Shown: positions 44,254 through 53,083 of the stretch, piece after piece | How the letters are laid out: each line of letters starts with the position of its first letter | How positions within the stretch are numbered: position 1 is the first letter of the stretch | NCBI GenBank assembly: GCA_031289055.1 | Contig: JAITQE010000003.1 | Coordinates: 26,585-90,584 of the forward strand | From: Candidatus Endomicrobiellum porotermitis | GTDB taxonomy: Bacteria > Elusimicrobiota > Endomicrobiia > Endomicrobiales > Endomicrobiaceae | Reading direction: 5' to 3' | DNA length: 64,000 nt | Program-made: the position numbers and the translations under genes | The notes under the pieces: model-generated | What the model was told of the DNA's origin: nothing | Seen by the model: only the letters and a program-made list of their open reading frames with translations | Databases searched by the model: none

Positions 44254-47200
44254 TGTATTTAAAGAAGGTGGAAATTTGCGGTTTCAAATCGTTTGCCGAT
44301 AAAACAATATTGGATTTTAAATCAGGTATCTCAGGAATTATAGGTCCTAACGGTTGCGGTAAGTCCAATATATCGGATTCTATTCGTTGGTGTCTTGGAG
44401 AACAGAGAGCCAAATCTATGAGAAGCTCCAACATGCAGGAGGTTATATTTGGAGGGACTCAGACTAGAGCGACTACGGGAATGGCGGAAGTTTCTATCAC
44501 TTTTGATAATTCTCAAAATATTTTGCCTGTTGATTATTCTGAAGTTGCCGTTACGAGGAGATTATTTAGAAGCGGCGAGAGCGAATACTCCATAAATAAA
44601 GCTCAGTGTAGACTTAAAGATATAAGAGATATGTTTTTGGACACAGGCATAGGCTTCGACGGATATTCTATAATTGAGCAGGGTAAGGTAGATTTTTTAA
44701 CTACGGCAAAACCGGAAGACAGAAGGGAATTGTTTGAAGAAGCCGCCGGAGTTTCCAAATATAAAGTAAGAAGAGAAGAAACTTTAAGAAGACTTGAGAA
44801 AATAGATGCAGATATGTCGCGCTTATCAGACACATTGGCTATACACAAGCAACAGATAACCGCATTAGACATAGCCGCTAAAAAAGCAAAGCAATATAAG
44901 AAGTATCAAGAAGATCTTGCAAAGTATGAAGCGGCGGCTTTAGTCCAGCATATATCTTACGGTAATAATGAAATAGCAAGAATAAAAACAGAGCTTGACC
45001 CTAAAATAAAAGAATTTGAATCTACAAATACTTCAATGATTCGGCTTGACGCTGAAATACAGGAAACGCGTTTGTCTTTAGATGAAAAGAACGAGTCGTA
45101 CGTAAGCGTAAACAAGGTTTTAAGCGAAATAAAGATGCAGATAGGCGTGGCAGATCAGATAATTCAACACGCCATGCAAAGAGAAGCCGAAATAAAATCT
45201 GAAAAAGAAAGGCTTGAGCAAGAGTTAGTCGCGAACAAAGGAAAGGCTGTGCAAATGGAAGAACAGCTCAAGACTTTAAACTCGGACGACGGAACTTTAG
45301 CCGACGATTTGGTTAAATATGAAGCGGATTACAGAGAAAAAGAGCGTCGGTATAATTTAGTAAAAAGCAGGCTATCAGAATTAGAAACTAGAGAAAATGA
45401 AATAAGAGAAAAACTATCCCGGCTTGAGTCTGAAAAAGAGCAACAGATTAATTTAAAAGCAGAACTTTCCGAAAGCAGAATACATCTTGACGCAAACGCG
45501 GCTTCTTTACAAAGAATAATTTCTAGGCTTGAAAACGATGTTGATCCTACTCGTCAAGAAATAGTCGCCATAGAAGCCGAGCTTGAATCAGCAAACGCTT
45601 CCGTCGGCTCTTTTGAAGCAAAGAAAGAAGAGATAAATAAAATCATTTCAGAGAATGAAGAGAAATGTAAATCGTTGGAAAATCTTCTTCTGCAGTATAA
45701 AGAATCTTTGGCGTCAAACGACTCTCGCGCGGCTGCTTTTAAGGAATTTGACCAGCGGGATCCCGTGAGGTCTTCAATAAGAGCCGTTCTCAGTTTGGGC
45801 AATTTGGCAAGAGGTCCTATAAGCAACATTATTGATGCTGATGAGGATAAGCGGGAATTAGTTGCTTCTGTCCTTGGCGAAAAGTTGAATTATCTAGTTT
45901 GCGATACCGTTGAAAAAGCCGAGCAGGCTATTAAATTCTTGGAAGAAAATGGTTTAAGTCGGCTTTCATTTATTGTAACCGATAAGATTTCAGATTCAGT
46001 CCAAGTCTCTACAATAGGTTTGCCTCAAGGATACACCGAGCTTATAAAATGTTTAAGATATAATTCTTCTGATGAGAAAATAGTTCGGTATGTTTGTTCC
46101 GGCGCTTTGGTTTCTGGAAATAAGGTTTATGGTAACGTTGTTGTTTCTGGCGGAGGAAAAACGTCTTTTGAAAAACCTGTGCTAATTGAAGAGCAAATAA
46201 AAAATCTTCAAAACAAGTCGGAAGAATTAAGGATGGATATTTCTAAAACGCAATCTGAAATTGAACGGATATATGAAAATCAAATTAATTTGCGTTTAGA
46301 AAAAGAAAAACGGGGGTTTGATGCTATTAAGGCGAAGACTCAAATAGAAAGTAAACGCAGCCAAATAGAAGAAAAGAGAAACGATATAAAAATCATCGCC
46401 GAAGAAATAAACAAGCACAAAGAAGAAATAAATGCAAAAACAGAGGAATTGAATTCCTTTAACGAAAAAATATCCGTTTTTGAAACAAAGCTTGCCGAGT
46501 ATGAAGATGAAGAAAATAGGCTTTGCGAAGAATTAAAAATTATAGAAAACGATACGCTTGCGGTTAGGATGGAAGAAGAAACTTCAGCTCCATTGATGAT
46601 GGAAACAAGAAGCGTTTGGGATAAAAAAGCTGCGGAGTTTGAAAATAAGCGTCAGGGACAACAATATTTGGCGGACAATATTGCGAATATAAAAAAGCAG
46701 ATAAAGTATGCGGAAAGCAAGATTGTTGAAAGCGATGAGAAACTTTCTGAGCTGCTTACTTCTCAAGAAACAGAGACGGTTAAGATTCAGCAATTGTATG
46801 AAAGCCAAGCTCAAAAGGAAGCGGAAATTCAGCTTTCTTTAACCGACAGGCAGACTACGCAAGATACGTTAGATTCAAAGACTAATGAATGGCATGACTT
46901 GCGCGATAAGGTTGACGGATTAAATAACGAAGTCAATGCGATGCAAGTGGATTTAAAGAATTTTGAATATCAAAAAAATGACTTGGAAAAGAGGCTTGCC
47001 GAGACATACGGCAAGACCTATGAAGAAATCAAGAACGATTTTGACGGCATAGAAGTAAATAATGAAGAAATTACAAAAATAAAGAGAAAGATGGAATCTC
47101 TAGGATCTGTTAACCTTGCCGCTCAGGAAGAGTACGATGCTTTGGAGCAGAGGTATAATTTTCTTTTGACTCAACAACAGGATTTGCTTAAGTCAAAGAA

Positions 47201-47750
47201 TGATTTGCTTGAAGTTATAAAGAAAATAAATCAGTCTACAATAGAAAATTTCAAAAAGACTTTTGATATTGTAAGAGATAATTTTAAAGCCCTTTACAGA
47301 AAGTTGTTCGGCGGAGGCGAAGCCGACTTAATGCTTACCGATGAAAGCAATTTGCTTGAAAGCGGCGTGGATATTTACGCTCAACCTCCGGGAAAGAAAT
47401 TGCAGAATATATCTCTTTGTTCGGGAGGAGAAAAGGCTTTAACAGCCGTTGCTTTGTTATTTGCTTTTTTTATGGTTAAGCCTTCTCCTTTTTGTATTCT
47501 AGACGAGGTAGATGCGCCTTTAGATGACGCAAATGTGGGCAGATATAACGCGATGATTAAAGATTTTTCGTCAAAGACGCAGTTCTTAGTTGTAACGCAT
47601 AACAAACGCACAATGGAAATGGCGGACGTTCTTTACGGAGTAACAATGGAAGAACGCGGCGTTTCAAAAATAATCTCGGTAAAGATGAACAAACAAGACG
47701 AAGTTGACTCTACAGTGTTCAAGAAGCATAACAATTGGAACGCGGTTTAA
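44253..47750 (+). CDS. smc: Chromosome partition protein Smc
   Basis: 1165 aa. GPNGCGKSN Walker A, long coiled coils with a hinge, signature LCSGGEKALTAVALLFA, Walker B ILDEVDAPLD. Confidence 0.95.
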   Translation: MYLKKVEICGFKSFADKTILDFKSGISGIIGPNGCGKSNISDSIRWCLGEQRAKSMRSSNMQEVIFGGTQTRATTGMAEVSITFDNSQNILPVDYSEVAVTRRLFRSGESEYSINKAQCRLKDIRDMFLDTGIGFDGYSIIEQGKVDFLTTAKPEDRRELFEEAAGVSKYKVRREETLRRLEKIDADMSRLSDTLAIHKQQITALDIAAKKAKQYKKYQEDLAKYEAAALVQHISYGNNEIARIKTELDPKIKEFESTNTSMIRLDAEIQETRLSLDEKNESYVSVNKVLSEIKMQIGVADQIIQHAMQREAEIKSEKERLEQELVANKGKAVQMEEQLKTLNSDDGTLADDLVKYEADYREKERRYNLVKSRLSELETRENEIREKLSRLESEKEQQINLKAELSESRIHLDANAASLQRIISRLENDVDPTRQEIVAIEAELESANASVGSFEAKKEEINKIISENEEKCKSLENLLLQYKESLASNDSRAAAFKEFDQRDPVRSSIRAVLSLGNLARGPISNIIDADEDKRELVASVLGEKLNYLVCDTVEKAEQAIKFLEENGLSRLSFIVTDKISDSVQVSTIGLPQGYTELIKCLRYNSSDEKIVRYVCSGALVSGNKVYGNVVVSGGGKTSFEKPVLIEEQIKNLQNKSEELRMDISKTQSEIERIYENQINLRLEKEKRGFDAIKAKTQIESKRSQIEEKRNDIKIIAEEINKHKEEINAKTEELNSFNEKISVFETKLAEYEDEENRLCEELKIIENDTLAVRMEEETSAPLMMETRSVWDKKAAEFENKRQGQQYLADNIANIKKQIKYAESKIVESDEKLSELLTSQETETVKIQQLYESQAQKEAEIQLSLTDRQTTQDTLDSKTNEWHDLRDKVDGLNNEVNAMQVDLKNFEYQKNDLEKRLAETYGKTYEEIKNDFDGIEVNNEEITKIKRKMESLGSVNLAAQEEYDALEQRYNFLLTQQQDLLKSKNDLLEVIKKINQSTIENFKKTFDIVRDNFKALYRKLFGGGEADLMLTDESNLLESGVDIYAQPPGKKLQNISLCSGGEKALTAVALLFAFFMVKPSPFCILDEVDAPLDDANVGRYNAMIKDFSSKTQFLVVTHNKRTMEMADVLYGVTMEERGVSKIISVKMNKQDEVDSTVFKKHNNWNAV

Positions 47751-47947
47751 TGACAAAAATAAGTCTTGTAAAATGCGACGATTAATAATAAAGCGGATAA
47801 TGCCGTTAGGGAAGTAATTAATCTTCTTGGCGGCATATCTGCTTTTATAAAGCCCTCTTGAACGTATTCTTAATAATCAATCTTCCAAAACTTAAAACTC
47901 ACATGCTTATGGGTTTTTCGGCGGGCATAAAAAACTTTTACGGATAA
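47750..47947 (+). pseudogene. Heavily deleted relic of a DUF362-family gene
   Basis: Reads MTKISLVKCDD***, then a shifted frame KADNAVREVINLLGGISAFIKPS*, then another frame INLPKLKTHMLMGFSAGIKNFYG*. These match the DUF362 N-terminus and its central ...lPklKtH....alKN.fG block, with most of the gene missing. Confidence 0.5.
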
Positions 47948-47990
47948 GAAAAGCTTTTTTGCAAAAATTTTTATCAAGGATAATTAATAG

Positions 47991-48881
47991 ATGGCTAAAA
48001 GAACCAAATTCCAAGATTATGCCGAATATATTGCGCTTAAAATAGTCATCTTTTTTATAAGATTGTTTCCTTTTAAGCTTGCGGTTAACGCTGGCGAGAC
48101 GATAGGTGTCGTTTTTTACTATATCGTCAATTTCAGGCGCTCTCACGTTATAGATATGCTTACGCAATCGTTTCCCGAAAAGTCTAAAAAAGAGATAAGG
48201 ATTATAACAATAAACACTTATAGAAATTTTGCAAAGACAGTTGTTGAAATTATTTTTTTCCCAATTATGTCAGACGAAGAAATAAAAAAACTTCTTGCCT
48301 TTACGAATGAACACTTAGTGGAAAAGTCATACTCTGAAGGCAGAGGGACAATTTTTATGTCAGCTCATTTGGGTAATTGGGAGCTGACAGCTTTGGCTTA
48401 TTCAAAAATATATCCTATGTCTGTGGTGGTTGCAAATCAGTCTAACTTTCTTGTAGACAAAATGATGGACAACGTCCGCACTAATCAGGGGTTCGCCACT
48501 ATAAGCAGAGATGGAATGGCTTTCAGGGACGTTATGAAAGCGTTAAAAAGAAATGAAATAGTCGCATTTCTGGCTGACCAAGACGCTGGTCCTCAAGGCG
48601 TTTTTATTCCGTTTTTCGGAAGATTGACGTCAACGCCGAAAGGGGCGGCTCTTTTTGCTCTTAGAGCAAAATGTCCAATTATAATAGCTCTTGGAATAAG
48701 ACAAAAAAACGGCATAATGAAAGTTGAATTTGCAGAAGTTCCAATGCCGAACTCCGGCGATTCAAACAAAGATATAGAAATTATAAATGCGTTTTATTTG
48801 AAAAAACTTGAAGATATTGTCCGTCGTTATCCGGAACAATGGTTTTGGTTTCATCGTAAGTGGAAAACCCGACCCGAATAA
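47991..48881 (+). CDS. LpxL/HtrB-family lipid A (Kdo2-lipid IVA) late acyltransferase / lysophospholipid acyltransferase
   Basis: N-terminal TM segment, HLGNWE catalytic motif, C-terminal PEQWFWFHRKWK. Confidence 0.8.
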   Translation: MAKRTKFQDYAEYIALKIVIFFIRLFPFKLAVNAGETIGVVFYYIVNFRRSHVIDMLTQSFPEKSKKEIRIITINTYRNFAKTVVEIIFFPIMSDEEIKKLLAFTNEHLVEKSYSEGRGTIFMSAHLGNWELTALAYSKIYPMSVVVANQSNFLVDKMMDNVRTNQGFATISRDGMAFRDVMKALKRNEIVAFLADQDAGPQGVFIPFFGRLTSTPKGAALFALRAKCPIIIALGIRQKNGIMKVEFAEVPMPNSGDSNKDIEIINAFYLKKLEDIVRRYPEQWFWFHRKWKTRPE

Positions 48882-48902
48882 AAGCGTTCGCGCATGCAAA
48901 AT

Positions 48903-48931
48903 TTGACTAGCTATAATTTTTTGAGTATAAT
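48903..48931 (+). promoter_or_regulatory. Near-consensus sigma70 promoter (TTGACT-17 nt-TATAAT) for the tRNA gene
   Basis: TTGACT at 48903-48908 and TATAAT at 48926-48931. The tRNA starts at 48960. Confidence 0.7.
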
Positions 48932-48959
48932 GCTTCCGTCGGTTGACAATAATATAAGC

Positions 48960-49033
48960 GGGCCTGTAGCTCAGTTGGTTAGAGCGCTCGACTCATAATC
49001 GAACGGTCGTAGGTTCAAGTCCTACCAGGCCCA
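48960..49033 (+). tRNA. tRNA with CAT anticodon: elongator Met or lysidine-type Ile2 (not initiator)
   Basis: Cloverleaf folded by hand: acceptor GGGCCTG/CAGGCCC, D arm GCTC..GAGC, anticodon loop CTCATAA, T arm GTAGG-TTCAAGT-CCTAC. CCA is not encoded. Confidence 0.9.
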
Positions 49034-49106
49034 ATTAAGATATAAATAACTCTTGAGCAATCAGGAGGTTTTTTATTTTGTAAATTTGCTATAATCCTCC
49101 CGTCGC

Positions 49107-49181
49107 GGGTAGTTAGCTCAGCGGAAGAGCGTTCGCCTCACACGCGAGAGGTCGCGGGTTCAAACCCTGCACTACCCACCA
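49107..49181 (+). tRNA. tRNA-Val (CAC)
   Basis: Acceptor GGGTAGT/ACTACCC, anticodon loop CTCACAC, T arm GCGGG-TTCAAAC-CCTGC. CCA is encoded. Extended -10 (TGCTATAAT, 49087-49095) lies upstream. Confidence 0.9.
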
Positions 49182-49266
49182 GAATAGTTAAAAAATAAAA
49201 TAACTAACAGCAAAGCTGTTTGAATAATAGAGAGAAAAACGCGCGGAATTTGGAGTAGACCGCCAA

Positions 49267-49578
49267 TTAATTCTTTTCTGAAAAATCAATAATTCGTTTT
49301 GCTCTATTTAATACTAAATCGTAAGTTAATATATTGATATTGTGATATAGGGAATTAAGCAACCTAAATTGTTCTTTTTTCTTATCGTCCCAATCTTTTG
49401 AGCGACCATAAATCAAAGTAATCCTTGGTTTTGATATATTACAGCCCAATTCTTCAGCTTTACGTTTTGAGTCTGATATTCTTTCCGCAGCCTGTAAATA
49501 TCTCGCGCATTGCATCGTTGCTTCAGTTAATAATGACACAGGATTGTTTTCCTTTGTCCAAAATTCAACAGTTGGCAA
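49267..49578 (-). pseudogene. C-terminal fragment of a PD-(D/E)xK-type nuclease (DUF4263/Shedu-like tail)
   Basis: 103-aa ORF. TEATMQCARYL (QxxxY-like) then ITLIYGRSKDW....FRLLNSLYHNINILTYDLVLNRAK resembles the C-terminal third of DUF4263-type nucleases. The N-terminal catalytic part is absent, and its 5' end overlaps the methylase relic. Confidence 0.35.
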
Positions 49579-49589
49579 TTTTAATTCAA

Positions 49590-50261
49590 TAATATCAAGA
49601 AACCCATCAAAACTTTTAACTTATCAGGGATCAAAGAACAAATTAACTTATTGGATTTGGGATAATATAAAGGATTTAGATTTTAAGACAGCATTAGATG
49701 CTTTTGGCGGAACAGGTTCAGTTTCTCACTTATTGAAAAGAAAAGGCAAGCAGGTTTTTTATAATGATATTTTGAAATTTAATCACATTATCGGAAAAGC
49801 GTTAATTGAAAATGATAGTACAAAATTAACAGATGAAGATATTGATTTTTTTCTATCGGAAAATAAGAATAAGCAAGATTTTATTTAGAAAACTTTCAAA
49901 GGAATTTATTATACTGATGAAGAAAATGTTTGGCTTGACAATATAATTTATAATATCAACCAGTTAAATGACGAATATAAAAAAGCGATTTCTTTCTTTG
50001 CTTTGTTTCAATCTTGCATAATAAAACGACCTTATAACCTTTTTCATAGAGCCAACTTGTATATAAGATTATCTAATGTTAAACGGAGTTTTGGTAATAA
50101 AACAACATGGGATAAGCCATTATGACGGAATGCCGAGTATTCAAGAATTATTTGATATTGTAGATAAATATAAAGACAAAGTATCTGCGATTTACAGTAG
50201 AGGTTACAAATACGCCTTGTCTAACTCTGACGTAAAAGAAGTGCCAATTATTGGTCAATAA
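49590..50261 (+). pseudogene. D12-class (Dam-like) N6-adenine DNA methyltransferase relic: no start, in-frame TAG (49886-49888), frameshift/deletion near 50100-50125, no DPPY motif
   Basis: LTYQGSKNKL...ALDAFGGTGSVSHLL...VFYNDIL (motifs X/I), then DFI*KTFKGIYYTDEEN...FQSCIIKRPYNLFH. The frame changes to ...MPSIQELFDIVDKYKDKVSAIYSRGYKYALSN..., a typical C-terminal block. Confidence 0.6.
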
Positions 50262-50508
50262 GTTCAAAATTATTCCCTTTTTTCTATACTATTCCGTCAT
50301 CAGTTTCGGTTTTTTTACTAAAGGCAACGGTTCCGCCGTTGGCGTCGCGGCAAGCCAAGAGCGCTTTATGATTTCAACTTTTTGTGCTAAAATATGTCCT
50401 AGCGTCTTGAATAGAGATGCATGTCATACGGTTATATATTTTTCAAAAATTGCTTATTTTTCTTAATTTAGCTTATATCTATAAATCAAAGCGAAACCCG
50501 GGGGATAG

Positions 50509-51228
50509 ATGGAAGATTTAAAGCAAAATTTGGCTTTGTTGCTTGAATTGCAGAATTGCGACGTAAAAATTAGCGATGCCAACAAGCAAATAAGTCTTGC
50601 GCCCGGTTTAATTGAACAAAAGAACAGGATTTTAGACGATAAAAAAGCCGAATTAAGAGAAAAAAAGAAAAAGTATGCGGAGTTAGCGTCGTCGACGAAA
50701 GAAAAAGAATTTTTACTTGACGATAAGGAAAAAGGTATAAAAAAATATTTTGTGGAGCTTAATGCCGTTAAGTCTAACGATATTTATAAAATTTTACTTT
50801 TGGAGATAGAAAAAGCAAAAGTTGATAAGAGCGTTCTTGAAGATGAGCTTTTGGCGCTTATGGAGAATGTAGATGAAGAATATGCAAAAATTAAAGCCGC
50901 TGAAAACGAACTTCAAAAATTTGAAGAAAATATAAAGAAAGAAATAACGGATATAGAAAATAACGTTAACAAGCTTATGGAAGAAGTTGTCGCACTGGAA
51001 AAGATAAAAGAAGAGCGCAAATCAAAAGTCAACAAATCTATTTTGTCTCATTATGATAGATTAAAAACTGGACGCGATGGTCGCGGAATGGCTGTTGTTG
51101 ACGGAGAAAGTTGCGGCTGCTGCGGTATGGTTTTAAGAACTCAGCTTATCAATCAAGCTCTTAAAGGTCAAGATCTTGTGTTTTGCGATAATTGTTCCAG
51201 AATATTGTTTAAGAAAGACGCTTTATAA
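50509..51228 (+). CDS. Coiled-coil protein with a C-terminal C4 zinc ribbon (COG1579/DUF164-like)
   Basis: LLLELQNCDVKI.. coiled coil, then CGCCGMVL...FCDNCSRIL. Confidence 0.75.
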   Translation: MEDLKQNLALLLELQNCDVKISDANKQISLAPGLIEQKNRILDDKKAELREKKKKYAELASSTKEKEFLLDDKEKGIKKYFVELNAVKSNDIYKILLLEIEKAKVDKSVLEDELLALMENVDEEYAKIKAAENELQKFEENIKKEITDIENNVNKLMEEVVALEKIKEERKSKVNKSILSHYDRLKTGRDGRGMAVVDGESCGCCGMVLRTQLINQALKGQDLVFCDNCSRILFKKDAL

Positions 51229-51566
51229 AGACGGATACGCAACCGCTTTGCAGTCTTATAGACATGTAAAGAGGAAAGTCCGAACTTTAACCTCGGGGAT
51301 TATCCTTGAGGTAAACGGTAGCAGGCAATCCCTGTCGCCCGCGAGGGTAGAGGTGCGAGCAGAGACGCTTTTCTTAGAAATAAGAGAGTATCCTTGTAAA
51401 AGGATAAGTTTTCGCGGAAACGCGGAAGGTGAAACGGCCAAATCCTTACCGGAAAGCAAGGCTGAAGTATGGCCGCTTGACTGTTAAAAGCGATTTTAAC
51501 AGCAGAGAAATGGTTGCGCTTTCAAGTTTTTTGAAAGACAGAATTCGGTGTATAATTCGTCTTTAT
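51228..51566 (+). ncRNA. rnpB: RNase P RNA, bacterial type A
   Basis: P4 5' strand AGAGGAAAGTCCGAAC, GGTAAACGG, GGTGAAACGGC, P4 3' strand ACAGAATTCGGTGTATAA. P1 pairing AAAGACG (51227-51233) with CGTCTTT (51558-51564). Confidence 0.9.
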
Positions 51567-51593
51567 AAGGCGATTCTTAGAGGATAAAATTCA

Positions 51594-51948
51594 ATGCAAA
51601 TTTGGGCTTGCGTCGCCATAGGTCTTGCTGGCGGAATACTGAGCGGTCTCATGGGCGTCGGAGGGGGCATTGTTTTAATACCTCTTACTGGTGTTTTTGT
51701 TGAAAATGACTCAGCATCAAGCCCAAGGAACGTCTCTTGCCGTGATTTGCTTAAGTTTCGGTTCCATGCTGATTTATTATAAAAGAGGACACATAAATTT
51801 TAGTATTGCCGCTTTGATAGGCTTAGGTTTTGTCGCCGGCGGTTTTCTAGGCTCTTATCTTGCGGATTTTTTACCCGAGCATATTCTTAAAAAGTGTTTT
51901 GCGGCTTTGATGATAATAATAGCCGTAAAGATGTTGATTTCAAAGTAG
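51594..51948 (+). pseudogene. Short TSUP (TauE/SafE) family membrane transporter with a 1-nt frameshift (about 51684-51691)
   Basis: GGILSGLMGVGGGIVLIPL in frame 3 continues as (L)VFLLKMTQHQAQGTSLAVI... in frame 1. Removing A51687 gives the seamless IPLLVFLLKMTQHQAQGTS. Confidence 0.65.
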
Positions 51949-51960
51949 GAATGCGCGAAA

Positions 51961-52839
51961 ATGTACCACGTCTCTGTAATGCCTTTAGAAACGTCGCGGT
52001 ATCTGGTTAATAATCCAGAAGGTTTATACGTTGACTGCACTTTCGGAGGCGGAGGGCATACTTCTTATTTGCTTAACAAATTTGAGAAGCTTAAAATAGT
52101 AGCTTTTGACTGGGACGAAGACGCCTCAAACAGATTTATTTCCCAAAAGGAAGATTTTGCCGACAGAGTTGTATTTATTAGAGATAACTTTAAAAATATT
52201 AAAAACGCTTTAGCTAAAATTAATATAAGCAAAGTTGACGGTATTTTAGCTGATATTGGCGTTTCTTCAAAACAGGTTGGCGATTTAGATAGAGGCTTTT
52301 CTTTTAACTCAGACGTTCTTGACATGAGAATGGATAAGAGAAACGCTTTGACGGCAAAGGAAATTGTAAACTCTTATTCTCGCGACGATTTAGCCGATAT
52401 TTTTTATAAATACGGAGAAGAATATAAGTCAAGACAGATTGCAGACGCTATTATTTTACGTAGGAAGAGAGGAATAATAAGCGCGGCTTTGGAGCTGCGA
52501 GACATAGCGGGTTCTGTTAAAAGATCTGAAGGAAAAATAAATCCAGCTACAAAAGTTTTCCAAGCGTTGAGAGTTTTTGTAAATGACGAGCTTGGTAATT
52601 TAGAAGCGTTATTGTCTAACGCTCCAGAGTTGTTAAATCAAGACGGCAGAATAGTTTTAATCAGTTTCCATTCTTTGGAAGACAGAATTATAAAACAAGA
52701 TTTTAAGAAAAACGCGGCGGCGGGCATATACAAAATACTTACTAAAAAAGTAGTTACAGCTTCTCAGGAAGAAATCCATTTAAATCCAAGAAGCAGAAGC
52801 TCTAAAATAAGAGCTGCGGAGAAAATAAATAATGCGTAA
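51961..52839 (+). CDS. rsmH: 16S rRNA (cytosine1402-N4)-methyltransferase
   Basis: HVSVM, DCTFGGGGHT, DIGVSS, FHSLEDR. Confidence 0.95.
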   Translation: MYHVSVMPLETSRYLVNNPEGLYVDCTFGGGGHTSYLLNKFEKLKIVAFDWDEDASNRFISQKEDFADRVVFIRDNFKNIKNALAKINISKVDGILADIGVSSKQVGDLDRGFSFNSDVLDMRMDKRNALTAKEIVNSYSRDDLADIFYKYGEEYKSRQIADAIILRRKRGIISAALELRDIAGSVKRSEGKINPATKVFQALRVFVNDELGNLEALLSNAPELLNQDGRIVLISFHSLEDRIIKQDFKKNAAAGIYKILTKKVVTASQEEIHLNPRSRSSKIRAAEKINNA

Positions 52840-53083
52840 GCCGTTTTTCTTGGGAATATCGTTAATTGTTACGATTTTTGTTTATCTTTGGCAACAAAAT
52901 ATGTCAATGAGATTGGCTTATAAAGTGAGCGCTTTACAATCTGATTATGACAAATTAAATTCTGAAAACGATATTTTAAGATTAAAAATAAATTCAAATC
53001 TCGCTTTAGAGAAAATGGATAAAATTGCCAAAGAAAAGAATCTTTTGCGACCGGATGAAAAACATATAATTTATGTTGATTAG
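52832..53083 (+). CDS. ftsL: Cell division protein FtsL-like
   Basis: 83 aa with a single TM segment then a coiled coil. Conserved position between rsmH and ftsI. Confidence 0.7.
   Translation: MRKPFFLGISLIVTIFVYLWQQNMSMRLAYKVSALQSDYDKLNSENDILRLKINSNLALEKMDKIAKEKNLLRPDEKHIIYVD

Noticed and set aside
2779-49888. Possibility that the in-frame TAA (2779), TGA (20161, 22015) and TAG (49886) codons reflect a reassigned genetic code or selenocysteine.
   Set aside because: All three codons also terminate well-conserved genes at their canonical ends. fabG ends ..NGGMYM* and mraY ends ..LKLR* at TGA. mutS, fabH and acpP end at TAA, and murD, etfA and rnc end at TAG. Three different stop codons are involved, and frameshifts and deletions occur alongside them. 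No SECIS-like context was evident, and WecA/TPR proteins are not selenoproteins. Pseudogenisation or sequence error is the simpler explanation.
50251-50466. ORF 50251-50466 (+, 71 aa) and a short hairpin (CAACGG-ttccg-CCGTTG) in the spacer after the methylase relic.
   Set aside because: The ORF has no RBS and its sequence is hydrophobic and low-information. It overlaps the relic's end. The hairpin has only 6 bp and no U-tract. It is probably decaying filler DNA.
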